DNA of 64,000 nucleotides from Eubacteriales bacterium. Lineage in GTDB: Bacteria > Bacillota > Clostridia > Oscillospirales > CAG-272. Positions 56,281-63,857 of this stretch are shown here, one piece after another (the first letter of the stretch is position 1; each line of letters starts with the position of its first letter). The stretch covers positions 1,676-65,675 of the forward strand of contig JAZOQA010000075.1 of assembly GCA_045655765.1 (NCBI GenBank), given 5' to 3'. The translations under genes were made by a program, and so were the position numbers. Below the pieces are notes generated by a model. That model searched no databases. It was not told the DNA's origin and was given only the letters and a program-made list of their open reading frames with translations.

Positions 56281-58515
56281 TTATTCAAATCTATCCCGAA
56301 CCTCTTGTGTCGAAAGCCTGTCTTTGGCGTATGCCTTTCTCAAAAGACTTGGCGGTATAAAATCGTCGAACTTATCAAAAACGGGACACTCTCCGTCAAA
56401 GACGAGCTTTTCTGCGTCAAGGTCGCCTCTTTCGATTATAGAGCGTATTCCGAAAAGCAAGCTGTTGCCTGCGTCCTCTTTTGCCTTAAAGGTTATATAG
56501 TAGCAAAGCTCACTTTGAATGTCATAGATACCAAGCTCCGCTGCATTTTTTTGCAAAAGACGCTTCAAGGTTCTGAATGCACGTGTGCCAAGCCAAGGGA
56601 ACAAAACGTAGCTCTGACCGCCGAGATAAATTACAGTGCTGTCAGCCATTCCTGCATTTTTAGCGACGTTTCGTGCGTTTTCAAGGCGTTCTCTTGCATT
56701 GTCACCGAGATATTTATACTCCTTGCCGCCGAAAAGCACGTTTTTCATAGCTAAAAGAAGCTTCGTATGAATCTCGCCGCCGTCACCCGGCCACGACACC
56801 TCCATTTTTCCGTCAACGAGCTTTACGAAAATCAGCTTTCTTGGAAAATCAAGCTCCTTGACCTCCCACACTCTTCCCGCAAGAGCAAATCTGTCGCCGA
56901 CGGGGGGCGGTGTGGTTATCGTTCCTATCTCCTCGCTGTCGCATCTGACCGTGTAATCCTCGCTGTCCTTAAATACCGCATAAAATTTGTAAGAATTTAT
57001 AATTCTCTCTCCTTTAAGTCCTACAATCAGCCCTCGCTCCTCAGTCATTTCTATATAATCGTTATTTATCATAGAAACGAGCATCTCCTTGTAGTCCTCC
57101 TTGGAAAGCTTTGAAAGCGGCGGAAGCTCAAGAACTCTTGCGGCAAGATTTTTCGCTGTCAGCTCACCTGAGGATGCAAGAATGCTGAGCGTCTGATGAA
57201 AGGCAAGACTAAGAGGCATACTCTTAACGCTCGGCGGCTCGATAAACCGCTCTGTTGAATACAGGTCGATTATAGCGATCCCTCGGAGCAAATCCCAAGG
57301 AATTATTTCGGGAAGAGGTGCATTCGGCAGAGCCGTTTCCTCTCTGAAAACCATTATCATTTCGGGAGGAGTACCTCTTCTGCCCGAGCGTCCGAGCCTT
57401 TGAAGAAAACCCGCAACCGTTGTAGGCGAACCGATTTGCGCAACACGTGCGAGCTTGCCTATATCTATACCAAGCTCCATTGTTACCGTAGCACAGGTGA
57501 CCGCCTCTATTACCGTTTCGTCCTTCATTTTTTCCTCCGCATCCTCACGAAGTGAGGCGGAAAGGTTGCCGTGATGAATTAAGAAAATATCCTTTTCGGA
57601 GCGTTTTTTTGCAATTTGACGCAGGGTTGCGGTCACGTATTCCGTTTCCTCTCTCGAATTTGAGAAAACCAAGGATTTGGTTCCGTAAACCGCATCGTAA
57701 AGATACTCGTATCCGGGGTCAAGCTCTGCTCTTGCGCCTCTTTCCGTCTGCGTCGAGGTGGAGAGCGACGGATTTCTCGTCTGGTCCTCGTTTGCATTCT
57801 GAATATAAAAATGCTCAAGCCCAAGACGCCATTTTAAAGGTGTTTTCGGTGGAACGGGTGCTATTGTATCACGTCCGCTGCCTGCACCGAGCCATTCCGA
57901 GGCAATATTAAGGTCGCCTATTGTGGCACTGAGACCCACTCGCCTTGGAGAATAGCCGATAAGTCGGGCTATTCGGGACAAAAGACATATGACCTGATTT
58001 CCTCTGTCTGTGCCTATCATCGTATGAATCTCATCTATGACAACGTAGCGTAGTCCGCCGAAAATGCGGGGAATGTCATTTGCTCTGCTCATCACCATTG
58101 ATTCAAGAGACTCGGGTGTAATTTGTAAAATACCCTCGGGATTTTTGAGCAAACGCTTTTTGTGCGACGCACCTACGTCACCGTGCCAATGCGTTAGGGG
58201 AATTTCCGATGCATCGAGAAGCTCCTCAAGACGATAAAACTGGTCGTTGATAAGAGATTTTAAGGGAGCTATATAAAGAACACTAACTGATTTGAAATCC
58301 GACGGGCTTTCCGAAATATCTGCAATAATCGGAAAAAAAGCCGCTTCCGTTTTTCCCGAGGCAGTAGATGAAGAAACAAGCAAATTAGACTCCGTCTCAA
58401 ATATAACACGTGCCGCCTCAAGCTGTATTTCACGCAGCTCCGTCCAGCCGTGAGAGTATATATAATCCTTTATAAAATCGGGAAATCGAGCAAATACTCT
58501 GTCTGCGTCCGTCAT
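56281..58515 (-). CDS. Lhr/BrxHI-like SF2 DEAH-box helicase (SngC-like), third gene of the TerB-N/ATPase/helicase operon
   Basis: Q-motif region WTELREIQ, motif I TASGKT, motif II VIDEIH, motif III LSATIG, motif VI QRLGRSGRRG, and a roughly 330-aa C-terminal extension. ATG 58515 follows AAAGGAG. The ORF track start is 58548. Confidence 0.8.
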   Translation of the reverse strand: MTDADRVFARFPDFIKDYIYSHGWTELREIQLEAARVIFETESNLLVSSSTASGKTEAAFFPIIADISESPSDFKSVSVLYIAPLKSLINDQFYRLEELLDASEIPLTHWHGDVGASHKKRLLKNPEGILQITPESLESMVMSRANDIPRIFGGLRYVVIDEIHTMIGTDRGNQVICLLSRIARLIGYSPRRVGLSATIGDLNIASEWLGAGSGRDTIAPVPPKTPLKWRLGLEHFYIQNANEDQTRNPSLSTSTQTERGARAELDPGYEYLYDAVYGTKSLVFSNSREETEYVTATLRQIAKKRSEKDIFLIHHGNLSASLREDAEEKMKDETVIEAVTCATVTMELGIDIGKLARVAQIGSPTTVAGFLQRLGRSGRRGTPPEMIMVFREETALPNAPLPEIIPWDLLRGIAIIDLYSTERFIEPPSVKSMPLSLAFHQTLSILASSGELTAKNLAARVLELPPLSKLSKEDYKEMLVSMINNDYIEMTEERGLIVGLKGERIINSYKFYAVFKDSEDYTVRCDSEEIGTITTPPPVGDRFALAGRVWEVKELDFPRKLIFVKLVDGKMEVSWPGDGGEIHTKLLLAMKNVLFGGKEYKYLGDNARERLENARNVAKNAGMADSTVIYLGGQSYVLFPWLGTRAFRTLKRLLQKNAAELGIYDIQSELCYYITFKAKEDAGNSLLFGIRSIIERGDLDAEKLVFDGECPVFDKFDDFIPPSLLRKAYAKDRLSTQEVRDRFE

Positions 58516-58537
58516 TGTTTCTCCTTTCTGCCCCAAA

Positions 58538-59908
58538 TTAAATATCAATATCAGCTAAATTTACCTTTGTTTTCATCGCCGTGACAACTTCCTCTGCCGT
58601 AAGCTCGTCCTCGCTATGCAGTGCTTTTGTAAACGTGATGTTGCCCATAAGGCTTTCAAACGTTGCCGTCGGGTTGTCACGCATTATATTCAAAAGAGTA
58701 AGAAAATCTCTTGTGATTTCTCTGGGGGTTACCATCTCCTCAGCTCCCGCACGCTCAAGCGCTCTTGTCAGGAAAATCTCCGTTTCCCTGTCGCTGATTA
58801 TAGGGTCCTCGGTCCCCTCTCTTTGCATATAAAGCTTTGCAAGTCTTCTTACAAGAGCTAAAAGCTCGTTGTCCGACAGTCGGCGAAGTCTTATTACGGG
58901 AGAAGACAGATTTTGATATCCAAGCTCCGCATATTTGGAATCGGCAAGGCGGCTCTTTAATGCATCGTAGCTGAACAAGCCTCGGCGAGAATCCTCCAAA
59001 AATTGCGGAGTTCCGCCAAAAACAACGCCCAGGTAAGACGCTTTGCCCTGCAAGGTATCATTGAAAATAGCCAGAATTTTCTCGTAATTCGCCTCTCTTG
59101 AAATTCTGTTGGGAATTTTGTAAAGGTTTACGCATTCATCAATGAATACGACAAGTCCGGAATATCCCAGCTTTTCTGAAAGTGCGGCAAAAAGCTTTAT
59201 GAAATTATACCAATTATTGTCATCAATAACCGTGCTTACGTGGAAGCCAAGGGCTGCTCTTGCCTCGGTTTTTGTCGAAAACTCACCACGCAGCCACCTG
59301 AGGCACGCACTTTTCTTCTCCGTGTCGTCGTGCATAGACGCTGTATAATATTCCCCGAGCACGCCTGCAAAATCAAAGCCGCCAACGTCTCCCTCAAGCT
59401 CCGAGAGAGTGGCGTATACACGCTTTTTAAGCTCGTCCTCAAAGCGAGCGTCCGTCGGGAGTATTCCCTCGCTTACAAGGTCGGTTTTAAGCTTTGTAAA
59501 ATGGCGTGAAAGTATTGTCGTCAAGGCTCCGCCGTCGGGACTTGCCTTGCTTGCCATATTTATCATCAACTCCTTATAGGTTGCAAGTCCCGCACCATTT
59601 CCACCCGTCAAGCGTCTTTCGGGTGAAAGGTCAGCGTCGGCACATATAAATCCCCGCTCAAGTGCATATCCTCTGATAAGCTGAATAAGAAAGCTCTTTC
59701 CGCTTCCGTATCTGCCAATCAAAAAGCGGCAAGCAGCACCGCCCTCGGCTACGTCGTCGAGGTTGTCGAGCAAGGAATTTATCTCATCCTGTCTTCCTAT
59801 TGCTATATACGGCGCACCGCTCCTCGGAACAACGCCCGCACTCAATGAAGACAAAAGGGTATTTAATATTCTTCTTGGAATTTTTACTTCGTTATTTTCT
59901 GGAGCCAT
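58538..59908 (-). CDS. DUF2791 / BrxD-like P-loop ATPase (SngB-like), second gene of the operon
   Basis: N-terminal LNTLLSSLSAGVVPRSGAPYIAIGRQDEI, then Walker A IGRYGSGKS and Walker B GLVVFIDE, 456 aa. Its start overlaps the upstream gene by 25 nt. Confidence 0.75.
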   Translation of the reverse strand: MAPENNEVKIPRRILNTLLSSLSAGVVPRSGAPYIAIGRQDEINSLLDNLDDVAEGGAACRFLIGRYGSGKSFLIQLIRGYALERGFICADADLSPERRLTGGNGAGLATYKELMINMASKASPDGGALTTILSRHFTKLKTDLVSEGILPTDARFEDELKKRVYATLSELEGDVGGFDFAGVLGEYYTASMHDDTEKKSACLRWLRGEFSTKTEARAALGFHVSTVIDDNNWYNFIKLFAALSEKLGYSGLVVFIDECVNLYKIPNRISREANYEKILAIFNDTLQGKASYLGVVFGGTPQFLEDSRRGLFSYDALKSRLADSKYAELGYQNLSSPVIRLRRLSDNELLALVRRLAKLYMQREGTEDPIISDRETEIFLTRALERAGAEEMVTPREITRDFLTLLNIMRDNPTATFESLMGNITFTKALHSEDELTAEEVVTAMKTKVNLADIDI

Positions 59909-61533
59909 TCTCCGATTTCCTCCGTATAATCATCGTAAATAGTATATCTTTCGCCATCGTGATAAATAACAACGTCACCAAGCATATCAGAGAACGCCTC
60001 GTTTATCCTCTCCACGGCAGAGTCAAGTTCAATTCCGTCAAAGCTGTCGAGTGAAGCCTCGGCACGAATTGCTTTTAAAGCCTCAACATCAAATTTTGAA
60101 AGCGGACACTCGTCACAGGGTTTCTCTTGCTCTTTAGGTTCGCATTTCGGCTCTTTGGGTTCGCATTTCGGCTCTTCGGGTGAGGAGTTTTTCGCAGGAA
60201 TAGCCTCTTCACAGTCTTCCTCTGCCTCTGCAACAAGCCTTTGCGTTGTAAGCCAAGAGGAGCGTTCGATTTCATCTGCCCCCTCAAACGAAAGCCCGAC
60301 ACTCGGAGCGTCATAGAGCTTTTCATACTCGGGAATTTTAGCCCTTGCGCGAATTCGCTCTTCCCTACTCTCTGTAAGAAGAAAATACGCATCGATTACA
60401 TTTTTATACTCATCTGGCAGGTCCTTTACGGCAAGACGGCTTTTTACACCGAGCTGCTGGCGAATTTTGTTCTCGGTATAACGGACGGCCGCCGTAATAG
60501 CCGCACGCAGCTTTCCCGCACCCGAAAGAGAGACGTACTCTATTTCAAGACGGCACTTTACACTGTGGGTGCATAAAGAGTTCGGGAATGCGTTTCTCGT
60601 AACCCTTGCAAGCCCCTCTGTCTGGTCGTAGAGCGTGCCCTCCTTTGCAAGATGCAGAAGCAGGCTTAGCATTGCGGTATACATATACTTTTTATATTCC
60701 GCAGCGTCAGTCTCTTGAATAAACTTACCCTTTCGCCAATCGTAATCCGACAAAAAGGCAATCATAGCCCCAACGCTCTCTGCATCTGCCCCCTCAATAT
60801 CGGAGAGGTAGAACTCTGTAAGAGGAGATGCCGCAATAGCCTCGTGCATAAAATCGTGAAGCTCCTCCATCGGACACGGCAGCTTATGAATAAAGCAATA
60901 GTCCTGAATCCATACGGAAAAATTTGCACTGATCTTCGGAAAAGCGGTTCTGTATTCACCCCAGAGCCTGCAAAGAATCTTTATGCCCTCTTTTGCGGGA
61001 ATCATATCGGGCAAATTCAAAATCTCATATACGTAAAGATAGAGGTATGAATAATCCGTTTTCGGGAATTTACCACGCCTTATTTCGCTTCGCCAATAGA
61101 AATAATAGTTCTTTTGCTCCGCTGTGAGCTGAGAATACTGCGGCATATACGAAAAGAACGGAACGTAATCGCATTTGGGCGTCTTATAATCATAGTAAAG
61201 AAGCGCCGCCTTTCTGAAATTGCCGTAAAAATCGTACTTGTCGTTATATCTTTTGATTGTAACTCTTTTGATAAGACTCGTTCCCACGGGTACGTACGAC
61301 TCGTCATCGGCTTTCTTGCCCGAAAGGACACCTTGCTCGGAAAAGGTGATTTTCCGCTCCGCCTTTTTCTCCTCGGACTCCTTTAAGGAATCAAGCTCGG
61401 TATCCGGGGCGTAATCCACGGCGGTGGGCTTTGTGGCAAACGGACGCAAAGGAGTGGCTTTCCTTGGAACGAGCTTTTCTATATCCCAGAAATCGTCTTG
61501 GCTCGTATCTTCTTTTTCTTTGGTACCATTCAT
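59884..61533 (-). CDS. TerB-N / TerB-C domain protein (SngA-like), first gene of the operon
   Basis: YVPFFSYMPQYSQLTAEQKNYYFYWRSEIRRGKFPKTDYSYLYLYVYEILN matches the TerB-N core pattern. The C-terminal AVERINEAFSDMLGDVVIYHDGERYTIYDDYTEEI matches the TerB-C pattern. ATG 61533 is preceded by AAAGGAGGTG. The ORF-track start 61575 lies at the predicted transcription start. Confidence 0.75.
   Translation of the reverse strand: MNGTKEKEDTSQDDFWDIEKLVPRKATPLRPFATKPTAVDYAPDTELDSLKESEEKKAERKITFSEQGVLSGKKADDESYVPVGTSLIKRVTIKRYNDKYDFYGNFRKAALLYYDYKTPKCDYVPFFSYMPQYSQLTAEQKNYYFYWRSEIRRGKFPKTDYSYLYLYVYEILNLPDMIPAKEGIKILCRLWGEYRTAFPKISANFSVWIQDYCFIHKLPCPMEELHDFMHEAIAASPLTEFYLSDIEGADAESVGAMIAFLSDYDWRKGKFIQETDAAEYKKYMYTAMLSLLLHLAKEGTLYDQTEGLARVTRNAFPNSLCTHSVKCRLEIEYVSLSGAGKLRAAITAAVRYTENKIRQQLGVKSRLAVKDLPDEYKNVIDAYFLLTESREERIRARAKIPEYEKLYDAPSVGLSFEGADEIERSSWLTTQRLVAEAEEDCEEAIPAKNSSPEEPKCEPKEPKCEPKEQEKPCDECPLSKFDVEALKAIRAEASLDSFDGIELDSAVERINEAFSDMLGDVVIYHDGERYTIYDDYTEEIGEWLQKITK
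60137..60178 (-). repeat. In-frame 2 x 21-bp tandem duplication in the TerB-N/TerB-C gene linker
   Basis: GGTTCGCATTTCGGCTCTTTG / GGTTCGCATTTCGGCTCTTCG (one mismatch) encodes EPKCEPK-EPKCEPK. Confidence 0.9.
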
Positions 61534-61581
61534 ATTGTCCACCTCCTTTTTATCAAAAAACAAGCATTTCGTCAATAATTT

Positions 61582-61610
61582 ATTTTACCATAAATACTGT
61601 AATTTGTCAA
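61582..61610 (-). promoter_or_regulatory. Near-consensus sigma-A promoter of the TerB-N/ATPase/helicase operon
   Basis: Minus strand reads TTGACA, a 17-nt spacer, then TGGTAAAAT (extended -10). The -10 ends about 48 nt upstream of ATG 61533. Confidence 0.65.
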
Positions 61611-61655
61611 TATTTTCGAGCGTTTTTTATGAATTTTAAGATATAATAAATCGAG

Positions 61656-61696
61656 CAAAAAAAACGACTCATAAACCGCAAAAAATTTATGAGTCG
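61656..61696 (-). terminator. Intrinsic terminator after ispE
   Basis: 11-bp stem CGACTCATAAA / TTTATGAGTCG with a 10-nt loop. On the minus strand it is followed by UUUUUUUU. Confidence 0.8.
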
Positions 61697-61715
61697 AATT
61701 ATTATAGCTAAAGGT

Positions 61716-62594
61716 TTATACGGAGCTTGCCAAAAATACGTTATAGCCCTCATCTGTGAGCGTCTTTTCTGCCTTTTGTGCTTCCTCTATATTTTTAAAC
61801 ACACCGAAAACGGTAGGACCGCTTCCGCTCATAAGTGCTCCGTCAGCTCCAAGATCTTTCAGCCTAAGCTTTGCTTTTTCGGCACTCGGAACGAGTGGGA
61901 AAACCACAGGCTCAAAAATGTTAAACATTGCTAAAGGGTTAAACTCTCCCTCTGCAATTGAGCGTGTCAAGGCATCAAGCCCTGCTCCAGTGTCACGGGG
62001 GGCTTCAAAATCAGCGTAGGCTTTATCAAGTGCGGAGTATGCAAGAGGCGTAGAAATATGCTCGGCTATACGAACTATAAGAAAATTCATCCCCTTTAAA
62101 TCTGCCAGCCGTGTGATTATTTCACCACGACCCTCACAGAGTGCCGTTTTCCCAAGGAAGCAGTAAGGGACGTCGCTTCCAAGCTCTGCCGCCAAGGACA
62201 GCATAGCCTTTTCTCCAAGAGGCTTGCCGAAAAGACGGTTCATTGCCCTGAGGGTTGCTGCTGCATCGGACGAGCCGCCCGCAAGTCCCGCCGCAACGGG
62301 AATGTTCTTTTTGAGCTTTATATTTATATTAGCAAAAATCCCGCAATGCTCAAGAAAAAGGGTTGCCGCCTTGACTGCGATATTTCGTCCGTCGGTAGGA
62401 AGATACGATGCCCCCGTGACAAAAAGCCTGACCTGCGAGTTACCTCTTGTCGGCTCTGTACTTACGGTAAGCTCATCATAGAGCGACACTGTGTGCATAA
62501 CGGTTTTTATTTCGTGAAATCCGTCCTCACGCTTTCTTGTAACGTCAAGATACAAATTGATTTTTGCATAGGCGTTTTCCTTTACAGCGTTCAT
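61716..62594 (-). CDS. ispE: 4-diphosphocytidyl-2-C-methyl-D-erythritol kinase
   Basis: AYAKINLYLDV...R.DG.H, and the GHMP kinase loop PVAAGLAGGSSDAAATL. ATG 62594 follows AAGGAG at 7 nt. The ORF track start is 62630. Confidence 0.93.
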   Translation of the reverse strand: MNAVKENAYAKINLYLDVTRKREDGFHEIKTVMHTVSLYDELTVSTEPTRGNSQVRLFVTGASYLPTDGRNIAVKAATLFLEHCGIFANINIKLKKNIPVAAGLAGGSSDAAATLRAMNRLFGKPLGEKAMLSLAAELGSDVPYCFLGKTALCEGRGEIITRLADLKGMNFLIVRIAEHISTPLAYSALDKAYADFEAPRDTGAGLDALTRSIAEGEFNPLAMFNIFEPVVFPLVPSAEKAKLRLKDLGADGALMSGSGPTVFGVFKNIEEAQKAEKTLTDEGYNVFLASSV

Positions 62595-62620
62595 CGGTGT
62601 TCTCCTTTTCCTTTTTTTAA

Positions 62621-62649
62621 ATTTTACCACAAATCGGACTAATTGTCAA
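62621..62649 (-). promoter_or_regulatory. Sigma-A-type promoter of ispE
   Basis: Minus strand reads TTGACA, a 17-nt spacer, then TGGTAAAAT (extended -10), about 27 nt upstream of ATG 62594. Confidence 0.6.
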
Positions 62650-62654
62650 TAAGA

Positions 62655-62687
62655 TCACCAACGTGGGCTATTTTATTCACCAACGTG
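62655..62687. repeat. Two exact 11-bp direct repeats just upstream of the ispE -35 element
   Basis: TCACCAACGTG occurs at 62655-62665 and 62677-62687 (22-bp periodicity). The nearer copy is 5 bp from the -35 hexamer. Confidence 0.85.
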
Positions 62688-62780
62688 TTTTTTCTTCACG
62701 CTATGCTTGCAAAAGCAAGCGAAGAGTAGACTGACGAAGTTGAAAATTTAAAATTTATTTATTAAAATATTTGTTATCTC

Positions 62781-62809
62781 TTGACATTTGGGAAAATATG
62801 TGTTATAAT
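62781..62809 (+). promoter_or_regulatory. Consensus sigma-A promoter of the rpsF-ssb-rpsR operon
   Basis: TTGACA, a 17-nt spacer, then TGTTATAAT (perfect -35, perfect -10, extended TG), about 85 nt upstream of rpsF. Confidence 0.8.
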
Positions 62810-62895
62810 CCCATAGTGACCGAGTTTAAGAAGGCTCGGCTCCTTGCCGCTGGGAATTTCGGCGGCCATAATGACCATAAGGAGGTAAAAATCAG

Positions 62896-63264
62896 ATGGA
62901 AAAGAAGATTTGTTCTTACGAGACTCTCTTTGCTGTAAACGGCAATCTTCCCGAGGAAGAGGTTAAGGCACTTGTAGAGAAGTTCGTAAATCTCATTAAC
63001 GAGAACGCAAAAGACGTTAGCGTTAACGAGTGGGGCAAGAGAAGATTTGCGTATCCAATCAATTACGTAACTGAAGGCTACTACGTTCTCGTGTCCTTTA
63101 AGAGCGAACCCAGCTTCCCCCTCGAGCTTGAGCGTGTGTTCGGCATCACCGAAGGTATTCTTCGTTATATGACCACCACCGCTATTGCGAAGGAAGCAAA
63201 GGCTGAGTCTGCGGCAGAGCCCGTAGAAGTAGCTGGTGAAGCCGCTGAAACCACAGAGGCGTAA
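62896..63264 (+). CDS. rpsF: 30S ribosomal protein S6
   Basis: YETLFAVNGNL...WGKRRFAYPI with an acidic C-terminal tail. AAGGAGG lies before the ATG. Confidence 0.96.
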   Translation: MEKKICSYETLFAVNGNLPEEEVKALVEKFVNLINENAKDVSVNEWGKRRFAYPINYVTEGYYVLVSFKSEPSFPLELERVFGITEGILRYMTTTAIAKEAKAESAAEPVEVAGEAAETTEA

Positions 63265-63287
63265 AAAATAGCACAGGAGGCGATATT

Positions 63288-63746
63288 ATGGCAAGTTTCA
63301 ACAAGGTTATCCTTATCGGTAATATGACTGCCGACCCCGAGCTGAAGCAAACAGCAGGCGGAATTTCGGTATGCAGCTTTTCGATTGCTGTAAACCGCCG
63401 TTTTGCAAAGTCCGAGCAAGGACAGCAGAATGTTGATTTCATCAACATTGTAACTTGGAGACAGCAGGCCGAGTTTGTTGCCCGTTATTTTAAGAAGGGC
63501 AACCCCATTCTCATCTGCGGTCAGCTTCAGACCAGATCCTGGAGTGATCCTCAGGGACAAAAGAGATACGCAACCGAGGTCGTAGCAGACGAGGTTTCGT
63601 TCGTAGTTCCCGCTTCGCAGAATGCACCCGCCACGCAGGCAGGAGGCACGGCGTACACTCCCGACGCTTATGCGTCACCCGCTTTTGGCACCTCCCAAAG
63701 CGTAAATTTTGAAGAAATTCCCGGTGACGAAAGCCTTCCTTTCTAA
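63288..63746 (+). CDS. ssb: Single-stranded DNA-binding protein
   Basis: NKVILIGNMTADPELK OB-fold start, ..F.AV.R...DF..IV.W, and an acidic tip DESLPF at the C-terminus. Confidence 0.96.
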   Translation: MASFNKVILIGNMTADPELKQTAGGISVCSFSIAVNRRFAKSEQGQQNVDFINIVTWRQQAEFVARYFKKGNPILICGQLQTRSWSDPQGQKRYATEVVADEVSFVVPASQNAPATQAGGTAYTPDAYASPAFGTSQSVNFEEIPGDESLPF

Positions 63747-63857
63747 TTTAATTAGATTTAAGTATGGTTTTCAGTCCCCGCCTCATTCGCAAGACTCACT
63801 GCGAAAGAGGTGAAAATACAGAATTCGTGAGTCGGAAAGGTTTTGGAACTATTCAAA

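Noticed and set aside
55897-56754. 285-aa plus-strand ORF spanning the methyltransferase/helicase junction in antisense
   Set aside because: It crosses an intergenic gap and two well-supported minus-strand genes. It has no RBS and an odd composition, so it is an antisense artefact.
60137-60178. Short tandem DNA repeat considered as a possible CRISPR or minisatellite signal
   Set aside because: There are only two 21-bp units, no spacers, and the repeat is in-frame inside a coding region. It is a codon-level duplication, not a CRISPR array.
61534-61575. Upstream ATG (61575) for the TerB-N/TerB-C gene
   Set aside because: It lies about 7 nt from the -10 box, so it would be at or before the transcription start, and it has no RBS. 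ATG 61533 has a perfect AAAGGAGGTG.
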